Shown: positions 16,686 through 30,141, numbered from the stretch's first letter. The stretch: 64,000 bases of DNA from Eledone cirrhosa (GCA_964016885.1 OZ024742.1:148738001-148802000), one strand, 5' to 3'. The notes: generated from the sequence alone by a model not told the origin. Translations and numbers: made by a program.

Positions 16686-17216
16686 CTATATATGGGGCTT
16701 AAAGTTTTGGAAGTAATGTCTGAGGCGGTGCTGCCAAGTTGCAAACACCTCAGATTTTTTGTTAAGTAGGTTACGGTTGGAGAAGATAATATTGTGTGTC
16801 TCTAGTATACAGAGGTTACAGAATTTATTAGGTGGTTTGTACGAGGTCGCGCTGCCTATCACTTCCCATTTGAGTGTGTATGGTTTATTTTTAGATTTTA
16901 GATAGTGAATGTAGCTAGAAAGTGAGGTGGAGTTGGCTAGGCTGTGCTTTTTGAACGAGTGGATGTGCGAGTTATATCTAATTTTGAAGCAGTTAGAAGT
17001 GGAGCCTACATAGGTTTCTGAAGAGTTATTAGTCGTGACTGTGCATGAGTATATGACATCCTTGGTTAGGCATTTTTTATCTAAAGGGCAGGTTCTATTA
17101 GCTCTACAGTTACAATTATTCTGTGCGTTAGTCCGCTGGTTATAATGCAATGCGGAAGTCTGTGTGGTGGGTATAGGATTTTGGGTGTTCAGGTTGACAA
17201 CCCTGGTGTTATTACT
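16686..17216 (-). pseudogene. PLE GIY-YIG endonuclease domain (5'-truncated ORF)
   Basis: CNCRANRTCPLDKKC...VIY...YVG.T...FKIRYNSH..SF...LSSYIH.LK...WEVI...CNLCILE...LLNKKSE. Confidence 0.9.
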
Positions 17217-17920
17217 TATATTGAGACACATTTTAATGGCTAGATATAGAAACCCCAGAGTTACCTCCCCGCATGCATTAACTCCCCTTAGCCACACACA
17301 CACTTCCGGTATTCAATGGCGTCTCTCGAAACGTAACAACCACCTGTATCGAACTAAAGAGCACCAGACTACGATCTCTAACTGGATTGTCGTGGATTAT
17401 GTGAAAGGCATATAATCAAAATATACACTCCCTTGACCATGAAAATACCGAAGTACATGAATTACTTGACATCCCTGCGCTGTGCATCTCCAATACTTAT
17501 AACACTTTTAATGCTTGCACTATCTTTAATGCTTATAATATTTCTCCACACACAGACTATATCAATCATATAAAGACTTTGCCACCAGATCTACCAACCT
17601 AACACTCTTATTTACCTACCTAAGTGCCTCTACCACACATATCTCTCTGCCACACTATATAAACAAGACGCACATGCGTGCCACACATATAACATTTGCA
17701 CTATATAACCACTTATCTTCATGTTGTACTTTAACCTATATCTTTGATTTTTTTGATTGTACCTATTAATATAAATGTAATCTCGAAGTGTGTACTGCCA
17801 CTCTAAATTCTGTAATGAATGTTGACCCACAATGTTTGAATATGTATCAATGTTTGAATATGTATTGGTATGTCTCTCGGCTGAAAAGGAGGTCATATAA
17901 CTGTCCATGCATTAATAAAT

Positions 17921-17967
17921 TGCTCCGAAGAATCCAAACCTCGGTTTGGAGGAAACAGCTGTAAGCA
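17921..17967 (+). ncRNA. Type I hammerhead with CCGAAGA core variant (element-sense copy on - strand at ~15194-15240)
   Basis: TGCT-CCGAAGA-A-TCCAAACC/GGTTTGGA-G-GAAA-CAGCTG-TA^AGCA, with a palindromic stem/loop III. Confidence 0.8.
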
Positions 17968-18037
17968 CAATAATGTTTTGAACAGTTCTTTGATTCTTAT
18001 ATTTCATATATATATATATATAGTTTTAATATAGATG

Positions 18038-18088
18038 AGATTCTACAGGACTAGAACTGTTTCATTCTTTAGAAATCATCAGGAATCT
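18038..18088 (-). ncRNA. Type I hammerhead in a PLE pLTR fragment (18022-18300)
   Basis: AGATTC-CTGATGA-TTTC/GAAT-GAAA-CAG ttctagtc CTG-TA^GAATCT. Same family as the elements at 34513 and 62221. Confidence 0.85.
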
Positions 18089-18301
18089 GGGTATCAAAAA
18101 TAAATATGGTATTTATAGGTCTCTTCAGGTGGTAGGAGAGGGTAGAGAGTGGGATGGGTGCAGGTCATTGGTTGATAGAAAATGGAATTCATTAAAAGCT
18201 AATTCTTCAAAGCTATAGTTTATATTTAGAGTAACAAAGACAGAAAGAATTCTATAAACAAGTTCAGGATGGGGTACCACTCCTTATTTTTTAAGTTTCT
18301 A

Positions 18302-18305
18302 TTAA

Positions 18306-18341
<36 letters not shown>

Positions 18342-18378
18342 ACGTACATACATATATGTATACAGACATACAGTAGCA

Positions 18379-18452
<74 letters not shown>

Positions 18453-18534
18453 TACATACAGGTACACATATATATATGTACGTATCAGTTTAGCGGACGT
18501 TTATTATAACGCCCGCTTTGTCCGTTTGTAAACA
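18302..18534 (-). mobile_element. Fragment of the 52094-52790 HHR-unit family, including its internal (TA)n
   Basis: Reverse complement matches 52606-52790 on both sides of the TA tract. Confidence 0.75.
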
Positions 18535-18590
18535 TATATATATATATATATATATATACACTTACGTGCGTGCAGCTATGTTGAAGCCTA

Positions 18591-18710
<120 letters not shown>

Positions 18711-18977
18711 CACATATATAGGCTCCAAGATAGCTGCATACACATAAGTATATGGAGTTCAAGCAGAAAACGAAATAATGGGGAGCATTACCTTGATAAC
18801 GATTATCAGTCAGAAACGGCTGACGGTACCTTCCTCTTTGCTTCTGCTGGAACTCACTAGTTGGCACTCCGCCACCAACTTCCAAAATGCATAGCTAAAG
18901 GCTTTCAAATGTTTATTCATAAATATACCGTATATCATTCGATATACAAATGCATATATATATATATATATAAACAT

Positions 18978-19765
18978 ATTAGAGTATGGGGTTAACCGAA
19001 TAGGGATGTGCGGACCACATTATGGTCCGTCGGCTGCGAAGCAGATAAAAAGAAGTGCTCAACGAAGGACTATCGGTTATGATAGTCTGAGCTCTCAGAC
19101 GGCAAAACCTATAAAAACTTGAAAACATTGAAAGTTCCCCCAAAAAAACTTTTAAATTTCAAAAAATCAATAATTTCCTCGAAAAAGATTTTCTTTTCTT
19201 GATATAGGAGGCCGGTCGAGCAAACAACCACACAATTAAAAAAGAATCCTCCTGTCACATTGGCACCATCAGCGGCCAAATACCACCAACGTCAACAACA
19301 GTAACACTCATGGAACACATAACACCAACACCAACACAAATCTGCACGGTATCAATCCACCATTACCACCCCCATCACCACCACCAACAACAACAACAAT
19401 AACAGCAACACCAAGCTCACCTCCACACCCAGCATCAACAACAGACAACATCCGAAATACCCGCAACATCCCAAACACAACCAAACCCTCGATACAGCAA
19501 AAAGACACAAACTCTTCACCCTACACAGCAATAAACATCAACAATAAAAATCTCCTCCATTACATGCAACACAACACCAGCATATCAGAAACACCAAAAA
19601 AGAATTCGCACCCAACTACGCAAATAATAGTTATTCCAAATTACCAAAGTGCATACACAAAATTAAAAAAGAAATTCCCCAAAAAAACTGGGGATTTCGT
19701 TTGACAATATCAAGAAGAAAATACACGGACATCACTGTAAAAGAACCCACAACTGGTCAGAAGGA
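18978..19765 (+). mobile_element. Possible decayed 5' end (UTR + ORF1 start) of a LINE
   Basis: Hairpin-rich leader, then a DIGG motif and an A/C-rich T/N/P low-complexity reading. No diagnostic domain. Confidence 0.3.
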
Positions 19766-20149
19766 TGAAGCAACCTCTAGTTAAATGTTTAATGTTTTTT
19801 TTGTTTTGTTTTATCATTGTTTGTGGGTTTGTATGTTCTATAATTTATAGAGTTATTGGACGTAAAATCTGTCGTATGATTAGCGTTATTTATAATCCTA
19901 GTGTTATTATTTACAGTATTGCGAGATTGCTTCATGCGTGTGTGTGTAATGATTTTACATGTGTGTATTGTTGTGTGGGAAATCATGTAGGTTTTACTTA
20001 ATAGTAGTAGTAATATTATTTCCAAGTTGTGGTTAGTCCCAGGTGAAGGATCACTATCATTTCGGTTTTTTCTTAAATTCTTAGAAGGGATTTATTATTA
20101 TTATTATTATTATTATTAGCAGTATCCACGAATCAAGTATTCGCATTAT

Positions 20150-20600
20150 TTATCGAGTCGGTAATAAAGGTATCAGATTTGGTAGGCATGGTTTATACTT
20201 TATTATTTCTTTATATCCACTACTATTTAGGGCCTCGTTATAATATCGCGTGTTTCCCATAAAAATATCTTCGGTTGCCGATAATTTAGAGACCCTCATA
20301 GAAATATTGTTTATCAAGCTGTTAATAATGGAACTGGGGTGATTGGAGTTCCGATGTACATAGTGAAGGATCTCATTCGGCTTGTTATAAAGACGATAAA
20401 CACCCGTGGATAGGTCCATATTAGGGTGTAAAACGTTTATCTTTTTATGTTACTCTCGAAAGTTATAGAAAGGTTATATTGCCTAAAAAGCATCTAATAT
20501 GTTTCTTCGTCTCCGGAAAGACGGACAACCCCATCTCCTCAGTCAACCTCTGGAAATAACTAAGATTTCGGTATATTTAAGTTGATAATGTTCATTCCAG
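20150..20600 (-). pseudogene. PLE reverse-transcriptase thumb fragment (Naiad-type)
   Basis: DLSTGVYRLYNKPNE..YVH..SNHP.SII......I..RVSKLS....F.....YNEAL..SGY. Confidence 0.85.
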
Positions 20601-21238
20601 TACACATTGGGACATAACAAAACAGGTAGAGACAAAGACAGGAATTACACAAATATAGATGAAAAATTATCCCAAGTGCGTCAACTGATAAAGAATGGAG
20701 AGAACGGTGTGCGAGGGATTAGTCAAAGAACAAAAATATTTAGTAAGGAGAGAAATAGTAACACAGAAGAAAATATGGACTACTTTCATTAAAGTACCGA
20801 CTAGTTGAATAATGGTTTTACTTGAAATCTAATTAGTAACATCTTATTCGCATGTGTGTGCTAGCATACTTAATAAGAAAATTTTGCAAGTATTTTTTGC
20901 ATTTGTTTTTTTTTTATTACTTTTTGGGATTAGTATTTGAATGAGAAACGTGGACAAAGAATTCTGTCCTTTTAACCTTGATATAATATCACATTTCTGT
21001 CTAGCAAAAAATTACATATAATTTCATTATTGTTGTTAACAGTAAGTTCAACTTTGCCTTTCATCCTTCCAAGTTTGACAGAATAAAATACCAGTCAAGT
21101 ACTAGGGTTAATTTAATCAACTTTGCCCATCACCCATCATTTGCTGGTCTTGTGCCTAAATTATGAACCATTAATATTGTTAACAGTTATTTCAATGATC
21201 TAATATTTTTCTTTTTTGTGTTTTAAATGTCACTCTAG

Positions 21239-21407
21239 AATCTTGTTGTGATATAAGTGCAGAGTTACGAGACAAATGGTATTTTTCTGGCGGCAACAAA
21301 ACCAATTTTTTGCGAATACGTCAACGTGTTATGGTCACCTATGATTCAGCAAATGGTAAAGTCAGATACAAATGTGAAGAGAAGAAAAATAATGTTTTTC
21401 TAATCAG
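21239..21407 (+). CDS. Host gene exon B: (E)SCCDISAELRDKWYFSGGNKTNFLRIRQRVMVTYDSANGKVRYKCEEKKNNVFLI(R)
   Basis: Polypyrimidine tract plus ctag acceptor, CAG/gtgagt donor. 169 bp, open, phase 1 to 2, matching exons A and C. Confidence 0.8.
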
Positions 21408-22345
21408 GTGAGTTGACGGTGATTTAAAATGTGCATCTGTTTTGGTATTAAATACGTTTACTTACAACAATGTAAACTAGGGTATTTGAGAATTTATTAC
21501 TTCTCTGTTCTGGTTATGAAATACAAAGTTAACCTTTCGTTCAGCACTTCGTATTCTAAACGGTTATTGCGATTAATACAGCTAGTTGCAAATCGTTAAA
21601 TATCATCAGTTCACTATCCACAACTTCAGAATAACTGAATCCTCCAGGATAGTTTGTCATTTTATTACTTTCCTATATTCCGTTCTTCGGCTATATTTGG
21701 CAGTTTTCAAAATTAATAACATGGTCAAATTTAAGACCTTTTGAACATAAACCTACGATAATATTATATATTTGCTTGTCAAAATGCATTCTAATCCTTT
21801 TTGTTTTTCGAATTATTCACCACAAATGCTTAATTGATGATAACTCGACAGTCCTAATTTTTGAACAGATCACAAACTCATTCTTCCAGATGAAGTTTGA
21901 ATCAACTTAATGTATTCTTTGTTACTTGCATATCGTTCTTAACATTTCATATCTGACTGAACTTAATATTGTTGTTGTTGTTGTTGTTGTTGTTGTTATT
22001 TAGTCCCATGTTGCCCATGATCGGCACACATGATCAAAAGCATATCGGACATACCTATGTAGAACCTTTAACAAGGATACATACCTTGGGTAGTTTTATC
22101 AACCATGTTCTTTTTTAAAGCAGAAGGATTCAATTTCAGTGAAATTTGAATGTTATTTCTAGCTGATAGAGGAGTGACTGTAGCGGCTCCTTCGTTGTGT
22201 TGCATTTAATCTCTTTGGGGGAGGTGTATTTAAATAGACAACCAGCGAAAGTAATGAGAAATGCTAGTATTTTGGTTAGCTTGCAATACTGAGTTCATAT
22301 ATTACTATTACTAGTACAGATTGCAGAGTAGTGCGTGGGTATTGT

Positions 22346-22424
<79 letters not shown>

Positions 22425-22429
<5 letters not shown>

Positions 22430-23020
22430 TAATAAATAATAATTAATAGTTTAATAATACATAGACTATCATTAAAATTAAACTATATATATTAGAATAA
22501 TTAAATATAGAAGTAAATATAACCATTCATTAAATGAAATAAAGTTTATGGAGAGTAAATATAACCACAGTTAGATTTTTTAAATAAATGAAAATTAAAA
22601 AATAACGAAGTTTCACATAAAGTGAATTTTAAGTTAATTTAAATAATAAATGAACAAAATATATTATATATGAGGATATATGCATTTTAATATATTGTAA
22701 TACATATTTAATAGTTATTTAATTAGGCATTAAAGATATATTGTTTTAATGATGTAGTATAATATTAATAGAATATCTTACCTTATAATAAAACATTGTC
22801 ATAATCTAGAATGAGCTAAATTAAATTAAATTAATTTAAGCATATAAAGTTGTAATTAACTTAAATATTTGATTGCTATAGAAAGTAATATATGCCTAAT
22901 AATCTGGATATAATATAAATTTATAATTAACTAAAGCGTAATCCAATACAAGCGGTATTCACTGATAAATATTATGGAAAATTTTTAATTTTTAATTTTG
23001 TCTAGCATTTGAATACAACG
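22425..23020 (+). mobile_element. Very AT-rich segment next to (TA)n, probably an old PLE pLTR
   Basis: Ends in a degenerate HHR-like motif GTATTCA-CTGATAA...TGAATAC at 22955-23016. Confidence 0.3.
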
Positions 23021-23264
23021 GCATTTTTATTCTCCCCTTTATTTTATCCTTTCCTTTTCCTTTTCTTCGTTTTCTTTATTTCCCTTCTTTTCTCTCCGCA
23101 TCTTTCCTTTTTTTCTGTTCTTTATTTTCCTTCTTTCCTCTCTGCATCTTCCCTGTTCTTCTTTTATTTATTTCCCTTCCTTTTTCTTCACATCTTCCCC
23201 TTCTATATTTCTATCTTGCTTTACGTCCTCTTCTTCTGTAAGTTTATCATATTATTTGCGGTAT

Positions 23265-23410
23265 GGCGAATTGGCAGAATCGGTAGAGGGTCAGACGCCA
23301 TGCTCTGAGTTCAAATCCCGCCGAGGTTAACTTTGCCTTTCATCCTTACGGGATCGATAAAATAAAGTACCAGTAATGTACTGGGTAATTGTTGGCCTTG
23401 TGCCAAAAAG
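23265..23410 (+). mobile_element. tRNA-derived SINE, family 1 (~190 bp consensus), internally deleted
   Basis: A-box-like TGGCAGAATCGG, B-box GAGTTCAAATCC, body CTTTGCCTTTCATCCTTACGGG..GATAAAATAAAGTACCAG. Many copies in the window. Confidence 0.85.
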
Positions 23411-23511
23411 TATTTGCGGTATAAAATGTTGAGGCTTGGTGAAATAAATCACTACCACTACAGGAATTGAATAATCAAAACCTTAGCGGTATGTCGCATA
23501 TCCAATCTCTC

Positions 23512-23580
23512 ATATATTTTATCTGATGAAAACGTACTGAAACACCATTGTACCTTTGAAATATGTATAATAAAATATAT
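23512..23580 (+). ncRNA. Type I hammerhead in a short pLTR fragment
   Basis: ATATATTTTAT-CTGATGA-[GTAC/GTAC stem II]-GAAA-TATGTA-TA^ATAAAATATAT. Related to the HHR at 41569. Confidence 0.75.
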
Positions 23581-23620
23581 ATTTTGGATATGAGAATATT
23601 TTTCATTTATTAATATTTTG

Positions 23621-23652
<32 letters not shown>

Positions 23653-24685
23653 TGCCTATTTCTCGGACAGGGGGTTGGCTTATACTCGAATCGACTTATA
23701 TTCGATTAAATAACATAAATACGAACTTACTTATCGTGGTGAGCAGTTTCTTTTCATTAATCAAAGCCTCAATCTTATCGAGTTGAGGTGAATCATTGTT
23801 GTAACATACTTAGGAAAATCAAACAAAAGCAAGTAGGACAATAAATAATACTTTATTCCCCCAGCTATTTCCCCTTTGAGCGAGGAGACGAAATTCTTAA
23901 TAGAAAAAAATATATCTCCAAGCGGAACTTTCCAACTCAGCAAGAATTTTCTGTAGAACAACACTTTTCGAAACATACGTTATAATATAAACACGTGGGC
24001 TCTCCTGGGATAACTGATTTACGATAAACAATTCTAGTTAGATCATATCAGTTGGCAACACAGCCTTTTCACATGACTCAGCTGGCCAGAAATAAACTGT
24101 AGAAAAATAAAAATACTGAACTATCGGCGATTACATCACGGATTATTCGATACTTCAGAATATTTGCAAATTTCATTTTCCCAATAAAATGTGTCTTAAC
24201 TCGAACGACCTATCTCAAATGTAAAATACGACAGCCACATAACAACGACTTTCTGCTAGACTTGTTTGTGAATTGGTAATTTTATATCTTTCTCGCTACC
24301 TCTCTCTTTCTCTCACAGTGTTGACAAGATGGACAGTGGCTATCTATAGTTATCTACCTAGGTATATATCTTTGGACAATAAAATAACAACTCGCTATCT
24401 ATCTCTCTTTATGTATTTATGTATCTATCTGTCTTTAGACAATAAAAACAACTGTCTAAATATCTCTGTCTTGCTATCTACCTACCTATATACCTATCTG
24501 TCTAAACACTATCTAACTACCTATCTGCACAACTATAAATCTACCTACCTATATATCTGTCTAACTATCCTTCAACCTACTTCTCTATCTAACTACCTAC
24601 TTCCATCTGTATCTCTCTGTTAGCACAATTCCAAATTGCTAGACAGACAGACAAACAAACAGACAGACAAACAGATAGATAGATG

Positions 24686-24761
<76 letters not shown>

Positions 24762-24773
24762 CAGATAGATAGA

Positions 24774-25733
24774 TTTCTTCATTTGCCACAGGGGCGTACA
24801 AAAATGGGACATTACAAGACGTGATGGCGGGGGTTTACATAAAAATCATATAGCTTTAACATTAATAAATAACAATAAACTATATATAATAAAATAACAA
24901 TTGTAATCCCCAATAGGGGGGGAACGTTACTGCAGGGTTGTTTTACACCCCGTGGATAGAACAACCCTCAACACCAGGAACACGTTTTGTAGGTGTTCCT
25001 GTCTTCCCTCTGTTTATCTTCCTCAACCTACAGGTTTATATACAGAGAAGGCCCATTCACTCGGGCCATTTTCGCCACATTCACCCACCTTTCAGCGAAT
25101 TTACTGGAGTGGAGCACTTCTCTCTCCACTCTCACCTTCCTTCTGAAGTGGTACTTAAAAAAGGGGATAAGTTGTTGTCCGGAGAGAAAGGTGTTTGCCC
25201 TCAGTCCTTTTAACCTCGTCCACCATATTACCTCTTTCGCCATAGCCACCAGACAGAAGAAAACCGCCTCTACTTCGTTCTTAAATGAAGGCGGCGGGGT
25301 GATCCTCACGATGGATTCGGCTGACAACTGGATGCGTCCCACACGTGACAGTAGCTGTTCGACATAATTCCACAGGTCGGTCATCCCTGGGCACTGAACA
25401 ATTGCGGGCAGAACGGTTTCGATGTCCTGCTCACATCTTGGACAGGTCCTTTTGGCAGGATCTCTGCCAGGGCGTTTGTGCCTGTAGATTTTGTTTCGAA
25501 CTGGTAGAGCTCCTCGGTAGCACTGCCAGGCCAGAGACCTCTGGAAGTTATCCATAGGCCCTGGACGGAAAGTCCTCCCGAACATACTGGTCAGTTCGTC
25601 CTCCTCGATGCTTAGAGTTTCCTCGAGAACGTCGTTTATCCTCCACTAATCCCCTATAAAATGTCGAAGTGGAGTCTCCGTTGGTTGCCGTTTCCACTTG
25701 GTAGAGGGCTGTGGGCGCCTGAAGGCACTCGAG
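24774..25733 (-). mobile_element. Tx1 family B 3' fragment in (GATA)n
   Basis: ORF 25028-25585 (CPRC..H....C) and a UTR nearly identical to 5001-5935. (GATA)n on both sides. Confidence 0.92.
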
Positions 25734-25788
<55 letters not shown>

Positions 25789-25789
<1 letters not shown>

Positions 25790-26158
25790 TTCTTTATTTA
25801 CCATAAAGGCATAAAAAGAAGGGACAAATACAAAGGGGGAGTTTACATACAATCGAGTAAAAAGGGTATAACATGAAAATAATCTAAAATAACCTCAAAA
25901 GGGAGGGGACGTGATGGGGGTTGCACACACCCCCGAAAAAGTGTGCAATCCTTTGCCCGGGGAGCACATGGAGAAGGTGCTCCCCTCTCCTTTACTTCTT
26001 TACCTACAGGATGGTATACAGAGAAGGCCCATTTACACGAGCCATTCTCGCCACTATCACCCACCTTTCATAAAACTGCCTGTGGCCAAGCACCTCTCTC
26101 TCCATTCTTATCCTTCTTCCGAAGTGATATCGGAAGAAGTAGACCAGACTATGGCCAG
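25789..26158 (-). mobile_element. Tx1 family C 3' fragment in (GATA)n
   Basis: Encodes FFRYHFGRRIRMEREVL...RVNGPSLY; has a distinct UTR with the same terminal AAATAAAGAAA-TC. Confidence 0.88.
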
Positions 26159-26176
26159 ATAGATAGATAGATAGAT

Positions 26177-27090
26177 ATGTTTCTTTTATTTGCCACCAGG
26201 GCATCAAAAGTGGGACAAGTACAATGGGGGAAGTTTACAAAACAAGGCGTCCTCAATAAGGAGGAGGCAATAACAATATATAAAAATAAAATAAAATATA
26301 ACAAAAAATAAAATTTATAACAAAGTCCTCAATAGAGAGGAGGCGCCTTGGGGGGTCGCACCCCCCCCCCCCAAAAAAAAAAGTGTGCAACCCTTCTCCT
26401 CAGGAGCACAGAGAAGGGGTGCTCCCTTGGTCCTTCATCTTCCTCACCTATAGTCTGATGTAGAGTGAAGACCCATTCACACGGGCCATTCTCGCTACTT
26501 TCACCCATCTTTCATAAAAACGGCTGGGGTGCAGCACCTCTCTCTCCATCCTGATCCTTCTTCCGAAATGATATCGGAAGAAACGGACCAGTTGTTGGCC
26601 AGAGAGAAAGGTGTCTGACCTCAGTCCTTTCAGACGCGTCCACCATACAACCTCTTTCGCCATGGCTATTACGCACAGAAACACCGCCTCTCCTTCGTTT
26701 TTGAAGAGGGGAGGCGGCTTGATCGTTACAATAGACTCGGTGGTCAACCGGATCGGTCCCACCCTTGACAGCAGTTGTTCGACATAGCCCCATAGATCGG
26801 CTACGCCCGAGCAGTGTACCAATGCGTGTGCAACGGTTTCCTCGTCGCACACGCATCTGGGACAGATCTTTTTCGATGGGTCCCTACCCGGGCGCCCGTG
26901 TCTGTAGAGCCTTTCTCGAACGGGCAGAGCCCTTCTGTAGCATTGCCAGGCCAGGGACCTCTGGAAGTTATCCATGGGTCCCGGGCTGAATGTCCTACCG
27001 AACAGGTTGGCCAGTTCGTCTTCCTCCATGCCTAGGGCTTCTCCGAGGGCGTCGTCGCACCTGCTAACCACCAGCCCTCTATAGAATGAC
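26177..27090 (-). mobile_element. Tx1 family A 3' fragment in (GATA)n
   Basis: 26632-27090 matches 1-460. (GATA)n follows at 27091-27170. Confidence 0.92.
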
Positions 27091-27172
<82 letters not shown>

Positions 27173-28485
27173 AGAAAACCATCGTAATTGTGTCCATATA
27201 TGTTTGATAATGATTAAAGAAAATAAAAAGAAAATTATTGTAATTGATTTTAATGAATGTAAATTGAACCATCGCATTGGTCGGAGTGACAAGAGTAGAA
27301 GGTCAAGGATAATCGAGTATTCAAGCATCTTTTACAAATAATGTTGTAATACAACAAACCCGTGGCAAGATTTTTTTTTTTTTTTGTCATTGAGGTTTAC
27401 TTCTCTAGCGATTAAGGTCTAGTCTGACTCCTACCCTTTGGCAGGTCTCACATAGATAGACTTACTAGGAGTTAGCCTCCTGCCAGTACATTTACAATTT
27501 CAAATTATCTATCATGGTGAGCTCATATCTATAACATTGTGAAAACTGATTTCCAATGACTAAGATATTTCGAGATGAGAAAATACTTCTGTCTGGATCA
27601 ATTTTTAACTCTCTGCAAAGTAGAAATGTTACTCATGCTATAGTAATTTTTACACATTTGTAATGGTACTGTTGTTACGTACAAAAATATCCAAAGAGAA
27701 GAAGTCATTCTGTTGACTGACAAGGATTTACTGTCATTAGAGCCATTAGAACGTCAGATAGAATGCTTTGCAAAATGTGTTCCCAGTCTCTACGCTCCGA
27801 ATTCAAATCCCACCGAGGTCTACTTTGCTTTTCATCATCTCGAGTTCAAATCCCGCCGAAGTCTACCTTGTCTTTCATTCTCATAAAGTATCAGTTCAAT
27901 ACTACGGTCGATTCTTCTTCTATCACTCTACGACTTCAAACGAGTTATGGGCCCATAAAATGTTATGGCTGTTCATTTTAGACTCAGTATAATTATTATT
28001 ATTTATTTGCAGCATGATATCACATAGATCCCAAAACTTCAATATATATGTGTGCGTGTGTGTGTGTGCGTTTTTTCCATCTGTTTTTACTACAGTTACT
28101 AGAATAACATCTTACAGAAGTGGAAGGCCGGAGAAATGGGAAGAACACCATCGATTATATTGAACCCAGAAGTGGAATGACATTTTATTTGAACGATCGG
28201 GAAAGGATGATAGGGAGATTCGACTTGGCTTCTGCTTCTCTGAACTAAGGTATCTGTGTACCATCTACAACTAAACACAATCAGTACAGCCACCCTTCTT
28301 CCTCTCGCCGTTCCTACGGTGGCTCACCCTTGAAATATCACCTTAATTACGTGCTTCAGTTCCCACTAATATATAGTCATTAATTATCTCCTTATTCTCT
28401 CAATAACATTTTTCAAATGTTGTTTTCTTCAGCCTTACTTCCTAACATATATATATATAGTATACCACAGCTACACACATGCGTT

Positions 28486-28583
<98 letters not shown>

Positions 28584-29325
28584 CACACACATACCCACAC
28601 ACACATATATATATATACACATACACACACATACCCACACACATTCACACTCACACACTTACTTATTGGCGCCCACTGCCACAGATAAACATACATATAA
28701 ATATTAACATGTATATGCATACGTGTCTTTTACGTATTTAGAAACGTACGAAAATCCCAGAACACACTTGTATATATGCAATTTCTTCTGATATATTATA
28801 CAATACAGCCAAAATGTTGCCTTGAGTAGACAACTCTCATATCTCTTGTGTATACTGCATCCGACTGTTATCTGATAACAGTATGTATCAGTTTTCTTTT
28901 TTTTTTCATAATTCTATGAGCTCCACATTTGGAGAGAAAAAACTAGCTTTTTTTAACATGTATTCTCCTATGTAATTCATCAGTGATAATGACTATATCG
29001 GTGGTAATAACAAACTAGTTGCTTTTAATATATTATTAATGTATTGGTAATTCCGACTTGTCTCTTAGTCAGCCTGGAAAGAACTGATGTGTGTGGGGGT
29101 GTGGAGATGGGGAGCAGCTATTTTTTCAAGTGTGTTAAAATGGTTTCTCATTTTGGCACAAGACCAGCAATTTTAGTGGGGGGGGGGGGGGGGAAGTCAA
29201 TAAAATCGACCACACCATTCGACTGGTATTTTGAAAGGCAAAGTTGACCACAGAGTGATTTGAACTCAGAACGTAACGAGCCAGAGCAATTGCTGCTAAG
29301 CATTTGTCCGATGATCTATAAATAA

Positions 29326-29641
29326 CTAACTGGCACTCCGTCGGTTACGACGACGAGTGTTCCAGATGATCCGATCAAAGGAACAGCCTACTTGTGAAAT
29401 TAACGTGCAAGTGACAGAGCATTCGATAGACACAGGTACCCATAACGTAGTTCTCATGGAGATTCAGCCTGACGCAGAATTCCACAAGGCTGACCCTTCG
29501 AATTAGAGGTACAACTCATTTTTGCCAGCTGAGTGGACTGGAGAAACGTGAAATAAAGTCTGGGTCAACGACACAACGCGTCACCGGGAATCGAACTCAC
29601 GACCTTACGAATATCCTAACCACAAAGCCACGAGCCTTCAC
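29326..29641 (-). mobile_element. tRNA-headed SINE, family 2 (further copy at ~36120-36430; head only at ~48200-48245)
   Basis: Minus-strand head GTGAAGGC..GTGGCT..GTGGTTAGGAT...GAGTTCGATTCCCGG; body shared with 36120-36400. Confidence 0.8.
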
Positions 29642-29958
29642 TCGACGATCTAATGGCTCTGCTAATCCACTAATAAACCCATAAAACAGAATATTTGTGT
29701 CATACTTAACAAACTCATAGAATACGTACATTCCAAAAGCACCAGTATGAAAACATTTCCTCGCAAAACCACGAATTTGCAAACCACAGAAGGTATTTCA
29801 TAGTGCCATATGTATTAGACAAAATCCAATACTAATACAAATATTGTAATCTATATAATTCGAACTGTTCTATAGGGTACACAACTATGATAGGTTCTCG
29901 TTGGTTAACCATTCATTTACAAGAATCTATCATAAAGCATTATAATACAGCACACGAA

Positions 29959-30141
29959 ATAATTGTTTCTACTTTTGGCACAAGGCCAGCAATTATCTCA
30001 GTGTATTACTGGTACTTTATTTTATCGACTCCGTAAGGATGAAAGGCAAAGTTAACCTCGGCGGGATTTGAACTCAGATCATAAAGGGCCGTAACTCTTT
30101 TGCTGTAAAGCATGACGTCCGACCCTCTACCGATACTGCCA
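29959..30141 (-). mobile_element. SINE family 1
   Basis: Reverse complement of 41692-41880. Confidence 0.9.

Larger units (their letters stand above)
14990..18010 (-). mobile_element. 5'-truncated Penelope-like element (Naiad-type) with a ~794-bp inverted pseudo-LTR
   Basis: Arms 15151-15944 and 17217-18010 give identical ORF-track translations. A GIY-YIG C-terminus lies between them, each arm has an HHR, and (TA)n flanks both ends. Confidence 0.92.

Noticed and set aside
16728-16740. Trp at a usually Cys position (TWQH versus CxH) as a hint of selenocysteine-coding Naiad elements
   Set aside because: The codon is TGG, not TGA, and no SECIS was identified. A single substitution from TGC explains it.
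22425-23000. Possible mitochondrial rRNA or control-region NUMT
   Set aside because: No conserved 12S/16S motifs are recognisable; the (TA)n flank and HHR-like end fit a decayed pLTR better.
23265-23410. tRNA genes at GAGTTCAAATCC B-box sites
   Set aside because: No cloverleaf forms; these are heads of multi-copy SINEs.
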